The notes beneath the pieces were generated by a model, which was given only the letters and a program-made list of their open reading frames with translations, did not search any database and had not been told where the DNA came from. Below, piece after piece: positions 19,153 through 28,479 of a stretch of 49,010 nt of DNA. A program made the position numbers and the translations under genes. The stretch is from the IMG/VR virus record IMGVR_UViG_3300033145_000155; one strand, given 5' to 3'. Source of the stretch: a virus. Numbering within the stretch: the stretch's first letter is position 1; every line of letters begins with the position of its first letter.

Positions 19153-19319
19153 AATCCTCTCCTATTATCTATGAACTTTCCATCTCTTGCTGAATGATGT
19201 TTTGAGTGCTTACTTGCACGGTAAGCTGCATAAACTCTTTCTCAAGTGGCTTTGTCTTTGTAGACATTTCCTTTTTGTCCAAGTCTATATTTTCCGTTCC
19301 CAACTGGGATACAAGGCAT
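19149..19319 (-). CDS. small ORF interrupted by an in-frame UGA (25 aa + UGA + 30 aa)
   Basis: SD AAGAGGTGA then ATG at 19319. In-frame TGA at 19242-19244. The same frame continues open with no start codon and ends in an ATGA overlap with the HNH start. Confidence 0.35.
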
Positions 19320-19331
19320 GGCTGTCACCTC

Positions 19332-19805
19332 TTATTCTTCAAGTAAATCATTTTCCAACTCGTCTATTAAATAACTTTTAACCTCAACATCTTTAACCGT
19401 AGGTACCCAAAGAAAAGATGTCCAAAATTCTGTGACAGCATCTTCAGGTTTCTCAGCTTTGTATGATATAGAAATTGTCAACCTATCAAATGCACTTGCT
19501 TTAATATCAGGTTTGATAACTAACCTTTTCTTTGTAAGAACAAATACATTAGATGTCCCAGTCTCATCACCCATCAAGGCAAAGGTAATAGCTACTTCCT
19601 GCTTAGGTTTTTTACCAAGGTCAATAACACCTTTTGTTATAGTCCCTCCACAGGGAAACATGTAGCGGAGGACTATACCTTTAACCTCGTCACCTAATAC
19701 AGCGTTGGATATTGGATAAGGTGTTATTAAAGCAACTGTCTTTTTCCTTGATCTTCGAGCAAGCCGTTTTGTTACCATCTCAAGATGTTTAATTTTGTCT
19801 TCCAT
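19332..19805 (-). CDS. hypothetical protein (157 aa)
   Basis: SD AAGGAGAG. Confidence 0.65.
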   Translation of the reverse strand: MEDKIKHLEMVTKRLARRSRKKTVALITPYPISNAVLGDEVKGIVLRYMFPCGGTITKGVIDLGKKPKQEVAITFALMGDETGTSNVFVLTKKRLVIKPDIKASAFDRLTISISYKAEKPEDAVTEFWTSFLWVPTVKDVEVKSYLIDELENDLLEE

Positions 19806-19821
19806 AATTACTCTCCTTATC

Positions 19822-20181
19822 CTAATCTACTTTTAAATAAGTGCATGGAGGATCTTCTTCAAATCTCGTAGCCTTAATACTATCTAATTCCTCATACAGT
19901 GCTCTTGCTACTCTATGTCTACCGTCAAAGATCTTTGCATCTTCATCAAGAATAATCGGAAAACTCATATCAGCTTCAATCACCATTTTCATATGAGAAA
20001 CAAACTCTCGAATTTTCATGCCTCCTATATTTGCGTCAAGGCAAAGATAATCCATTGGGATATCTTTAACAGGTAAATCCTTTGCACGAGCAATTAAATC
20101 AGAGACAACCCATCGTTCTCCTTTATCGCCATCAACCTTCTGTCCTGAAATGCTTGTCCACTTTTTCTTTATCTTAATCAT
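19822..20181 (-). CDS. ParB/Srx-fold (ParB-like nuclease domain) protein
   Basis: FDGRHRVARA, a DGxHR-type motif. Confidence 0.6.
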   Translation of the reverse strand: MIKIKKKWTSISGQKVDGDKGERWVVSDLIARAKDLPVKDIPMDYLCLDANIGGMKIREFVSHMKMVIEADMSFPIILDEDAKIFDGRHRVARALYEELDSIKATRFEEDPPCTYLKVD

Positions 20182-20904
20182 TTATCCCTCCATCTGACTT
20201 ACTTCTGCAATTAGTTCTTCAACAAGATCCATTCCAAGCTGTTTCATTTCAATAGCTATTGAACTAGTCCAGTCATTAACTCCTTGCGTATTACGATTAG
20301 TTATCTCAATGTATCTCATAGCGGACATGTAAAGTAACATTGGATGGACTTCTGACCAATAGTTCTTATCTTCATCTTCAACAAGCTCCATTGAATAGAA
20401 TAGTCCATTGACAGTGATCGTTAACTTTTCACTCGTAGGAACATTAACAATAACTGAATTATACTCATGTGCATTGCCAGCTGGAATTTCTACAAATCCA
20501 ATGAAAGCTTCAATGTCTTCAACTGTCGCATCCTCTGGAGAATATCTTGTAATGCAAGGTGAGTAATACAAAGGTGTTCCAGCTGTACGTGAGCTAGGCA
20601 ACCCTGTCAAATAACCCTCCATTAAATTCTGAAGACTTACCTTCTCAAGTTGCCAACGAGCACTTGTTGAAGCAGCCCAGACTTCTTTAATAGCACGACA
20701 ATAAGGAAATGAGACACTGAACCTATTAACCTCTAACAACCGATAACAACTAGCCCAGGACTTCTGTGTTTCATCTAATCTATCAAGGAACTTCCTTCCT
20801 TCATTGATATAAATATCAGCGCCGTTGTCGGAGAAGTCTTCATTAACAAGGTCAAACCTCCCTGATAAATTCCTAAACATTGTACGTAGTTGAAGTAAGT
20901 TCAT
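20182..20904 (-). CDS. hypothetical structural protein (240 aa), possibly a head-tail adaptor
   Basis: First gene after the major capsid terminator. Call is by position only. Confidence 0.5.
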   Translation of the reverse strand: MNLLQLRTMFRNLSGRFDLVNEDFSDNGADIYINEGRKFLDRLDETQKSWASCYRLLEVNRFSVSFPYCRAIKEVWAASTSARWQLEKVSLQNLMEGYLTGLPSSRTAGTPLYYSPCITRYSPEDATVEDIEAFIGFVEIPAGNAHEYNSVIVNVPTSEKLTITVNGLFYSMELVEDEDKNYWSEVHPMLLYMSAMRYIEITNRNTQGVNDWTSSIAIEMKQLGMDLVEELIAEVSQMEG

Positions 20905-20919
20905 TTCATCACCATTAAC

Positions 20920-20944
20920 AGATCGTTTAATTATTAAACGATCA
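20920..20944. repeat. PE25 copy 9
   Basis: AGATCGTTT-AATTATT-AAACGATCA. The core GATCGTTTAAT-T-ATTAAACGATC is a perfect 11-bp-arm palindrome. Confidence 0.85.
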
Positions 20945-20954
20945 TTTATAATAA

Positions 20955-20994
20955 GCTGTGAGGTAAGGGAAAGGAGTAAACCTTACCCCACAGC
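20955..20994 (-). terminator. Stem-loop terminator candidate downstream of the major capsid gene
   Basis: 14-bp stem with one mismatch (GCTGTGAGGTAAGG / CCTTACCCCACAGC) and a 12-nt loop. On the minus strand it is followed by an A/U-rich run. Confidence 0.55.
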
Positions 20995-21019
20995 CGTTAT
21001 TGACCTACCTGGAGGTTAG

Positions 21020-22321
21020 CTACGGTGTTAACAAGTTTGGTAAGCCAACACCATTTAAGACTGCGCATTTCTGCGGCAGTCCAAACTCAAGACCACACTC
21101 AGTGAGGTATTCCTCATTAGTGCCATCAACCCTGCGCTGACCATAACCCTCAGAATGTTCCTTAGACTTACTTTCACCATAGAAAGATGTATCATCTATG
21201 TAACGGTAAGACATTTCCTTAGGCTCAAGAATCACTCCCATGTTACGAGTGGTTGCATCGTAAGAAAACAACGGATGAGTCTTCATATGAATAGTCCCAA
21301 AGGGAGTTATCCAAGTACGAATCTGCATACCGTAAGTTTTCTGTGCAGGTGCAAGGTTGATCTGTCCACCAGCCATTGCAAGAGCGTCAAGGCCAAGCAA
21401 GAATCCAGAACCACAGAGGCAGAGTTTTTCATCTGCTCCGTACCTAAATATCTGCTCAAGCATATTTTTAAACCAGGTTTCACCACCAGCTGCCCAGGTC
21501 TGCCCAGCGTAAGCAGCATTCAACGTATAGTCATCACAGTTTGCAGGCGCATACTGACGAATGAAGTTGATCACACCTCTAGTGGTTCGCTCAGGTTTTC
21601 CATTGTCGCCTATGTTCTGGGTCATAATACCCCAGAGGAACGCAAGCTCCATTTCCCAAGAATGCATCTCAAGACATTCAGACTTTGCCTTCTGATACTG
21701 ATCACCAGTGCGAAGACGAGTCTTTCGAGCAGTCCGAGTAAGGGACAAGGGTGAGCGAAAGATCTGAGTATAGTTATCAACTTCAACCGGATTCAGCGCA
21801 ATCGCATCAGGCATTTCACCACCCTCAGGATTGATGTTACCGATGATTTTAAAGGTATCACAGTCAGTAAGATCATGGTCAGCTGAGTTATCATCAGCTT
21901 CGAGTAGTTTAATGGCAACAACAGAGTTTGTAGTACCTCTGGTAATGCCAGTTATCTTACCCACAACATCAACTCGCCAATCAGATGCATCACGAAGAAG
22001 AATCTGATGTCCCTCACGCATACGATTTGCGAGAATAGTGGTTATCTGGATATAAATTGTATCCCCAGCAACCCCAGCACCTGCATAGGCAGCTGTCATA
22101 TCAGGTAAAGTATATACACCAGCTACATCTCCACCAACAGCTGACTGCTCCTGAGTCCACCAATGGAACTTAGGATCATCAACACTTTCACTACCCATCA
22201 TTGAAAGTATTGCAGTCAAAGGAGCCATACCATTAGGATACAAATAGAGTATCTGCTGTCTCCAATTTTCAGGACGCTGGTTATCTACCCAGTCACCCGT
22301 ACCTCTCATACCAAGAAACAT
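21020..22321 (-). CDS. major capsid protein (presumed HK97 fold)
   Basis: 433 aa, directly after an acidic scaffold-like gene, strong SD, own downstream terminator. The N-terminal pattern GDWVDNQRPENWRQ...LYPNGMAPLT resembles podovirus capsid proteins as I recall them. Confidence 0.75.
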   Translation of the reverse strand: MFLGMRGTGDWVDNQRPENWRQQILYLYPNGMAPLTAILSMMGSESVDDPKFHWWTQEQSAVGGDVAGVYTLPDMTAAYAGAGVAGDTIYIQITTILANRMREGHQILLRDASDWRVDVVGKITGITRGTTNSVVAIKLLEADDNSADHDLTDCDTFKIIGNINPEGGEMPDAIALNPVEVDNYTQIFRSPLSLTRTARKTRLRTGDQYQKAKSECLEMHSWEMELAFLWGIMTQNIGDNGKPERTTRGVINFIRQYAPANCDDYTLNAAYAGQTWAAGGETWFKNMLEQIFRYGADEKLCLCGSGFLLGLDALAMAGGQINLAPAQKTYGMQIRTWITPFGTIHMKTHPLFSYDATTRNMGVILEPKEMSYRYIDDTSFYGESKSKEHSEGYGQRRVDGTNEEYLTECGLEFGLPQKCAVLNGVGLPNLLTP

Positions 22322-22344
22322 AATTAGTTACCTCCATTAAGTTC

Positions 22345-22369
22345 AGATTGTTTTATAATAAAACAATCT
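22345..22369. repeat. PE25 copy 10 (perfect palindrome)
   Basis: 22344-22370 is CAGATTGTTTTAT-A-ATAAAACAATCTG, with 13-bp perfect arms. Confidence 0.9.
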
Positions 22370-22377
22370 GGTTATTG

Positions 22378-22737
22378 TTAAGCATAGTCATATCCACTAG
22401 GGAATGTAGAAGTGATTGCAGCAAGCGGATGCCAATGCATACCATCACTATACATCAACAGACGATCACAAGCACTGTTGAGAACTATATCAACCCAGCA
22501 TTCTGAATCGTCTCTGTCCGTAATAGTAATAGTGTTAATAGCATCTGCTGCCCTAACCACTATTGAATAAAATCGTCCTTTTGCCTCAGCTACAGGTGGA
22601 AGAGCGATTACCATAGGAGCAGTCAATGCACTAGGACGTACTACATAGTCATAATTAGCCATCTCGACTGACTCAGTAGGATCTATATATTTATCAACTA
22701 CTTCCTTATCATGTTGAGCAAATCTATCTTCAAGCAT
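22378..22737 (-). CDS. hypothetical protein (119 aa) between scaffold and capsid, possibly head decoration or accessory
   Basis: SD GGAGG. Call is by position. Confidence 0.6.
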   Translation of the reverse strand: MLEDRFAQHDKEVVDKYIDPTESVEMANYDYVVRPSALTAPMVIALPPVAEAKGRFYSIVVRAADAINTITITDRDDSECWVDIVLNSACDRLLMYSDGMHWHPLAAITSTFPSGYDYA

Positions 22738-22753
22738 TATTGTTACCTCCGTA

Positions 22754-23488
22754 TTAACGTCTTAAGGTATCATTCATCGACGCAAGCTCTTCCTGCATCG
22801 GTGTAAGATCTGGTTTATTATCAGGTTCTCCAGACTTCCCTTTTCTACGGGGGAGTTTAGGAGCACCACCTTTACCGTCAACATCTTTCTTCACAGCTTT
22901 CTTCTGTAAATCAAGACGCTTACGAACCTCTTCACCTACTTCACTAAGAACCTCATCATATTTTTTATCAGGGTTCTCTGAAGCTACTTCTTCAAACACA
23001 GCAGCGACAACCTTCTTAAATGGTACAAGGTCTTCATTGTCTTCATAGAACTTCTCACTTGCATTTTTCAAGTTGGTCATAACAGCTATGTTAGTTTTCA
23101 CTATATCGGGTATGGAACGTAGCACACCTTCACCAAGAACTTTCCTTGTGTCGGTTACAGCTTTCTGATATATTGAATTGAGCATCTTGTTGAATTCCTT
23201 AGGATCACGGATAAGTTCTTCAATGTCTAACTCACCTACAAAGTCCTGGTCTTCAAATGTTAAAGGTGGTTCGTCATCTTTCTTATCCTTGTCCTTGTCA
23301 TCTTCAACGTCTTTAGTGTCTTTGGTATCTTTAGAAGATTCTGCCTCAGCTAGTTTTGTGCGGAGACTTTCTATAAGTTTATCTTTGTCGTCTGATTCAG
23401 AGTCATCTTTGTCATCATCAGATTTGTCATCTTTATCTTTATCCTCATCCTCATCACCTTTAGATTTCTTATCGTCAATCTTTATCAT
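22754..23488 (-). CDS. scaffolding-like acidic protein
   Basis: D/E/K-rich N-terminal half, helical C-terminal half, located between portal and capsid. The start is uncertain (ATG at 23488, 23500 or 23503, or a +1 continuation from the 23630 ORF). Confidence 0.65.
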   Translation of the reverse strand: MIKIDDKKSKGDEDEDKDKDDKSDDDKDDSESDDKDKLIESLRTKLAEAESSKDTKDTKDVEDDKDKDKKDDEPPLTFEDQDFVGELDIEELIRDPKEFNKMLNSIYQKAVTDTRKVLGEGVLRSIPDIVKTNIAVMTNLKNASEKFYEDNEDLVPFKKVVAAVFEEVASENPDKKYDEVLSEVGEEVRKRLDLQKKAVKKDVDGKGGAPKLPRRKGKSGEPDNKPDLTPMQEELASMNDTLRR

Positions 23489-23630
23489 CAGCAGGATCAT
23501 CATCACCTTCTAGATCATCCTTCTTATCCTGATCTGGATCATCTTCAATAGTCTCACCAAAAGATTTAAGCATTTCACCTATGTCATCCTTTACCTCTTT
23601 TTCTTTATCATCATTCACTTCGTTTCCCAT
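23475..23630 (-). CDS. acidic 51-aa ORF, possibly the true N-terminus of the scaffold protein
   Basis: SD GGAGG then ATG at 23630. It ends at a UGA after which the scaffold frame continues at +1 with the same acidic composition. Confidence 0.45.
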   Translation of the reverse strand: MGNEVNDDKEKEVKDDIGEMLKSFGETIEDDPDQDKKDDLEGDDDPADDKD

Positions 23631-23643
23631 TTCACTAACCTCC

Positions 23644-23668
23644 AGTTTGTTTATTTATTAAACGATCT
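23644..23668. repeat. PE25 copy 11
   Basis: AGTTTGTTT-ATTTATT-AAACGATCT. On the minus strand it is immediately followed by GGAGG. Confidence 0.8.
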
Positions 23669-23671
23669 TAA

Positions 23672-24136
23672 TTACTTAACACTTAATTGCCTCCAAATCT
23701 CCTTCCAATAACCATAGTTAGTTGAACCATCACCTCCGATATTTACCAACGCTAGTACATCATCCTGCTGTGCCGCAAAATCTGTCAACACAGGTAATTG
23801 ATTAAGATACATTTTCCCATCTGATTTAATCCCATCTTTAAGTGATATATCGTTGTCTTGGAAAACAAATATCTTAATCTGTCCTTCAGTCCCACCTCTA
23901 ATATATTCTATAACAGAGGCACCAATCCCAGAAGTTAAAACTACTTCTATCTTCTGAGCACTTAAATCAATACCGATTACTAAAGCTGTGTCTCCAGCTG
24001 ATATGGACAAATTTGTAACAGTTATGCTATTAGAATATTCTTCTATAGCATTGATAGCTACAGCAAGTGCTCTGATATAAGCTGGTATTTCAGCGACTAG
24101 TACTTGATCAGTTGGTTTATTTGTGTCTAAGCTCAT
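23672..24136 (-). CDS. hypothetical protein (154 aa)
   Basis: SD GGAGGA. Confidence 0.65.
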   Translation of the reverse strand: MSLDTNKPTDQVLVAEIPAYIRALAVAINAIEEYSNSITVTNLSISAGDTALVIGIDLSAQKIEVVLTSGIGASVIEYIRGGTEGQIKIFVFQDNDISLKDGIKSDGKMYLNQLPVLTDFAAQQDDVLALVNIGGDGSTNYGYWKEIWRQLSVK

Positions 24137-24404
24137 CTTTCTTATCCTCCAGAATACTTAAAAATACATCAGGCATGCTTAATATATAGTCAACAGCCTT
24201 AACCCTTCCATTTAAATCTCCCATGTGAAGTAAGACGGATGCCGTGGAAGAATTATTATCAGCTGCGTCATCAACTATAGATTTCATTTCAAGTTCAAAT
24301 CCTTCCTTCCATGACTCAAGCTCAACAATCATATCAGTCCATAGGATAGAATTTTTAAAGTCCTCTATATCACCCTTAGTTGTCCTTATATTTGTCCCTT
24401 CCAT
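24117..24404 (-). CDS. hypothetical protein (95 aa)
   Basis: SD AGGAG. Directly after the portal gene. Confidence 0.65.
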   Translation of the reverse strand: MEGTNIRTTKGDIEDFKNSILWTDMIVELESWKEGFELEMKSIVDDAADNNSSTASVLLHMGDLNGRVKAVDYILSMPDVFLSILEDKKDELRHK

Positions 24405-24405
24405 T

Positions 24406-26355
24406 TTACACTCCTGTAGGTACTAGATTTCCACGTTCAACTTCACGTGAGACTTCTTCATCAGGCATGACTTGCCCTTGAATCTGATTAACATTGCGCC
24501 TGAAGTCTTCTACATTCTTTGCTCCAAGCTGCTGAGCAATATACATGAAGATTCTTGTTACATCAAACTGCTGTGCCAATTCAGGTGTTGTGCCTATTAC
24601 CTCAAACATCTTAATCCATGATTGAGAGAAGTTACCTCCAGGAATTGAACCATCTCTTACAATTAAATCATAGTTGACTGCCAAGTCATAAGGAGTTACT
24701 CTTACACGTTCTTGCTTACCGTATATAGATTTAAGTTGCTCAGCGTAGCGTCCAACTAATTTGACATAACTATCTTGAGACATATACTGTTGCGTATGCA
24801 CAGCAAACATAGATCCCACATCCTGCATGAATTGCATACCTATTATCATAGCAATACGTTGTAAGCGAGAAATTGCAGAACCCCGTGTACCTTGGAACTC
24901 CGCACCGGTCAAGCGTTCAGGTCCACCTTGTCGTAATGCACCTTGCATTGATTGGTCAGCACCGGAGATTCTATCCATCCACTGAGTGATGTATGCAGAG
25001 TCTGATATGTTAAGCCGAGTAATGTCATTTACCTGAAGTTGCTGAACAACCTTATCTACTCCACGTCCCCAAGCAGGGCGTCGTAACCTAATTAATTTCC
25101 CAGGCTCAGGATCTTTCAAATCCTCTATGTTGATTAAATAAGGGTCAACAACAAACATGTCGTTGATAGCTTTTTTGACGTTAGCTACATGTGAATTAAA
25201 CAAAAAGTCTAACGTATGCTGTAAGCCATACAACACTTCCATACGTCCAATAGGTGTAATCGAGTATCCATCGAACTCTGGACTTGCTACCGAAATAGGA
25301 TACATCCCATGGTTGTGGTCAGCTTTTTCACAAGCTATTATCACATCATCTGCAGCAAGCTCAAAGTACCATTTCTCAGGATATTCACTAGCTCCAAGTT
25401 TCCATTCTTTAGGTATTAAGTTAATATACATCTTAATGGTGTCAACTGGATTTGTAGAATCTGTCATTGATCTACGTAGGTCAGTTGAACCACCATGCTT
25501 TTTCTGCCTATCACTTTGATCCATTGCTAATGTTGATCTTTTGTTCTTTTTAAACCTTAAATACTTTACATTGAATAAGCTTGAATTCGGTGTATTTTCC
25601 TCACTTAGGAGATTCATATAATTATCACGATCTACCCAGCCAATGAATTCACCATCTTGGATATTGTTACTTGACACAGATGGATCGGGGAGCCACATGT
25701 AAGGTTCTATGTTGCTTAGGTCATTACCTTCGAATAGCAAAGAGTCGACCATAGTAGTTTGATTCTGTGTACTTTCACCTAGGTCAGATAACGTAACCAC
25801 AGATGATTTAACAGGCTTACGACCATACTGAGATTTCCATCCAGGGATTGCAATCCCTACACCGTAACTCAATGAATCACGTAAGACTGTGTGTACTGCA
25901 AGTGGTACCTTATTTTTAATACAATGAAGTTTAATAACTAACTCCATTAACATTGCACCTTGAGTATCATCATCTTCAACGCCTTCATATTGGAACATAG
26001 GATCTTGGAAAAAGGCCATTGAGAGGTAAGTTAACAACGCTTCAAGCATTGAATAAGAATAAGGAAAGACAATTGAAACAGGCTTTGTCATGTCCTTTTT
26101 CTTTAACTTCTCTTCCTTATCCTTAAGTGGAATGTAAGTTGTTAAAGTCTTATCTATCTCACGCCAGGAATCGAAACGCTTGGAGATTACATTGCGTGAT
26201 TCTCTAGCCCGTTGCCAGATTTTATCACGTAACTTTTTATGGAAGTCACTATCTGGCTTTAGATCAAGATCATTAGGATATTCATAATTAAAGTTTTCCT
26301 TATTATAAATATCTTCTTTCCAGCTTGAAGGTTCTCCAGTTACTATGTAAGGCAT
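24406..26355 (-). CDS. portal protein
   Basis: 649 aa, lies between TerL and the scaffold/capsid genes. No search was run. Confidence 0.7.
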   Translation of the reverse strand: MPYIVTGEPSSWKEDIYNKENFNYEYPNDLDLKPDSDFHKKLRDKIWQRARESRNVISKRFDSWREIDKTLTTYIPLKDKEEKLKKKDMTKPVSIVFPYSYSMLEALLTYLSMAFFQDPMFQYEGVEDDDTQGAMLMELVIKLHCIKNKVPLAVHTVLRDSLSYGVGIAIPGWKSQYGRKPVKSSVVTLSDLGESTQNQTTMVDSLLFEGNDLSNIEPYMWLPDPSVSSNNIQDGEFIGWVDRDNYMNLLSEENTPNSSLFNVKYLRFKKNKRSTLAMDQSDRQKKHGGSTDLRRSMTDSTNPVDTIKMYINLIPKEWKLGASEYPEKWYFELAADDVIIACEKADHNHGMYPISVASPEFDGYSITPIGRMEVLYGLQHTLDFLFNSHVANVKKAINDMFVVDPYLINIEDLKDPEPGKLIRLRRPAWGRGVDKVVQQLQVNDITRLNISDSAYITQWMDRISGADQSMQGALRQGGPERLTGAEFQGTRGSAISRLQRIAMIIGMQFMQDVGSMFAVHTQQYMSQDSYVKLVGRYAEQLKSIYGKQERVRVTPYDLAVNYDLIVRDGSIPGGNFSQSWIKMFEVIGTTPELAQQFDVTRIFMYIAQQLGAKNVEDFRRNVNQIQGQVMPDEEVSREVERGNLVPTGV

Positions 26356-26356
26356 T

Positions 26357-26686
26357 TTATTCCTCTACTTTTCTTTGATGTTCAAGTTCAGCTATTGCCT
26401 GTCGTCTGAGGATTTCTTTTTCTTTTGCTTTAATCGCTTCCTCATAAAGTTGTTCTTCGGTCTTTTCAGGTTCAGGTTGTGCGTCCAAGATTGCTTGATA
26501 TTCTTCATCAGTCACAAACTTAACTTCGATATCTTTCAGGTTGTACCCTGCATTTACAGCGTTCTGGCGTAGTGTTTCAAGGTTCATCTCGGCATATACT
26601 TTATCATCAATCTTGGGGTCAGGATGTGTTTCTCCGCCACTCTGCGATTCGATCAGTTTTCCTGTTTTAGTTATTGATATTCTCAT
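26357..26686 (-). CDS. hypothetical protein (109 aa)
   Basis: SD AGGAGAA. Confidence 0.65.
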   Translation of the reverse strand: MRISITKTGKLIESQSGGETHPDPKIDDKVYAEMNLETLRQNAVNAGYNLKDIEVKFVTDEEYQAILDAQPEPEKTEEQLYEEAIKAKEKEILRRQAIAELEHQRKVEE

Positions 26687-26695
26687 AATATTCTC

Positions 26696-28468
26696 CTATC
26701 TAAATGCCATGTAGTGGATATATGCTGAGCCTGTTTTTGCCCCTGCCTTTGTCCATGTAATTGTGAAACCATCTGCGCCAAGAACAGAGATAACCCCAGA
26801 ATAAATAATACCCGCAGCTTGATTAAGCTGGATACTGTTTACAACAGAATAAGACCATGTGTCCGCTGTCCTATTATGCCAATCGTCTATACTATAAGCG
26901 TTCGATCCGTCATCAAATCCAAACGATGCTTCTGCTGCTACATTAGTCACAGCGAAAAATATTACAAAAGAAGGTTTGAACCCTACTCCTGAAATTTCCT
27001 GTGTTCCTGTGGCATCAGCGGTATCTTTCGTGAATGTTCCAATCTTCATTCCCACTGCCCATTCAGGAGCTATTGCACCAGCGTTCATAAAGAGTTTCAG
27101 GTTAGCTGTACCTTTGGCAAGTCGTGCCAGGACACCTAAGGCCCTGTAATAGATATCGCCGTCAGCATCGGATCCTATGGCAAGATTAGAACCATCATCC
27201 TTAGCAAACCCTATATGTCCTGAACTTGCATAGTCCAGATTACTCAAATTAGCATGGTTAGCAACTTCCACTCCACTGAAAAATTGTGAAGTTACCATTA
27301 CTACCTTTGTAAAACTACCACCTGCCTTTGGAGCTATAATACAACCTATCAGACAACCAAAGTCATTTAGATAAGATGGTACTGTGGGAGCTACTATAGT
27401 ATTCAGTACTGCTTCCGCTAATGAATAACTATCTGTGCCTAAGACCTCATAAACATGCTCATCATCTATATGCTTATAAATATAATGATTGCCATACTTA
27501 TTGTTCCCAATGGTAGCTAATACCCCACTTCCATCATCATAATGAGAACAGTCTATTGTATTTCTATTTACTTCTGTCCAACCACCTAAGCCATCTTTAT
27601 ACAGCATAGTGAATTGAGTCGTATTACTGTTATATGAGGATAAAGGAAATCTATTCAATCCACTATAAACTACTCCAGTTTCCATAGTGAATTTGTCAGT
27701 AGCTAAATAATGTATTGTGGAGCCATTTTCTAGTTCTATTTCTCTTAGTTCTTTTGCTCTTTTATGTAATTTCCTAACTCCATCTTGGAACCTAAATCCG
27801 CTGCTAATGTAGTGAACATTGTTAAGGGCATCCCTCCTCACCTTGCCAATAGGGATGTTTCTCTTGTCGGCTTCATAAGGACTGGATGTTGAAAGAGATA
27901 TTGTTGGAGATCCTGCGTTGTAGTTTAGACAGACATAATAGGTCGTGTCAGCCAACGTAATTGCTATGTTATCTTCTAAATCTTTAGTAACCCTCTCAAG
28001 CTTACCTGTAAGGCTATCAGTAATTCTTAGAAGTGAGACTAAGGCTTCTACCTTGAATGTCCCTGCATTAGTTCCTTCTATTACTTCACCTCCACTAACT
28101 ATCATAGGGCTTTCAGTATAACCTTGCTCTTCTTTATCATTATTTACATATTCTGATACATCTACCCCATCAACAGATTTTCCAGCAGGTAAAATAATAT
28201 TTCCATCATCATCTATTGAAACAGCACTACCTTGAACTTTCCTAGCTCCACCATCTCCACGAACCACTGCATTGTCAGGGATGTTAGCGTCTGAAGAAAC
28301 TCCTTCTCCAATACCTGGCATGTCACCTTTACGCAACACATCTTCATCAAGCACAGGAGCAGCATTAACTTTGATAGGGTCATCTACTTCTATAGACTTA
28401 TCATAATCTCCATCATCGTATTGAATTATATCTGGATTACCACCTATCCTAATTGTTCTTAAAGCCAT
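26696..28468 (-). CDS. fibre/receptor-binding-like structural protein (590 aa)
   Basis: Gly/Asp/Ser/Thr-rich composition predicted to be mostly beta. Call is by size and composition only. Confidence 0.4.
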   Translation of the reverse strand: MALRTIRIGGNPDIIQYDDGDYDKSIEVDDPIKVNAAPVLDEDVLRKGDMPGIGEGVSSDANIPDNAVVRGDGGARKVQGSAVSIDDDGNIILPAGKSVDGVDVSEYVNNDKEEQGYTESPMIVSGGEVIEGTNAGTFKVEALVSLLRITDSLTGKLERVTKDLEDNIAITLADTTYYVCLNYNAGSPTISLSTSSPYEADKRNIPIGKVRRDALNNVHYISSGFRFQDGVRKLHKRAKELREIELENGSTIHYLATDKFTMETGVVYSGLNRFPLSSYNSNTTQFTMLYKDGLGGWTEVNRNTIDCSHYDDGSGVLATIGNNKYGNHYIYKHIDDEHVYEVLGTDSYSLAEAVLNTIVAPTVPSYLNDFGCLIGCIIAPKAGGSFTKVVMVTSQFFSGVEVANHANLSNLDYASSGHIGFAKDDGSNLAIGSDADGDIYYRALGVLARLAKGTANLKLFMNAGAIAPEWAVGMKIGTFTKDTADATGTQEISGVGFKPSFVIFFAVTNVAAEASFGFDDGSNAYSIDDWHNRTADTWSYSVVNSIQLNQAAGIIYSGVISVLGADGFTITWTKAGAKTGSAYIHYMAFR

Positions 28469-28479
28469 TGTTTATCTCC

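Noticed and set aside
19242-19244. Genome-wide UGA reassignment (code 4 or 25)
   Set aside because: Many well-supported genes terminate at TGA with a correctly spaced downstream SD and ATG, or with ATGA overlaps (for example at 2583, 3310, 5116 and 40586). UGA is therefore a genuine stop in general, and only local events are plausible.
21155-21754. 199-aa plus-strand ORF, and similar antisense ORFs (for example 97-294, 1133-1408, 3619-3954, 5558-5866, 13554-13844, 16261-16533, 23178-23513, 25157-25519, 38941-39375)
   Set aside because: These are shadow ORFs on the strand opposite well-supported genes. They have no SD, and their Ser/Leu-rich or otherwise odd composition mirrors the sense-strand codons.
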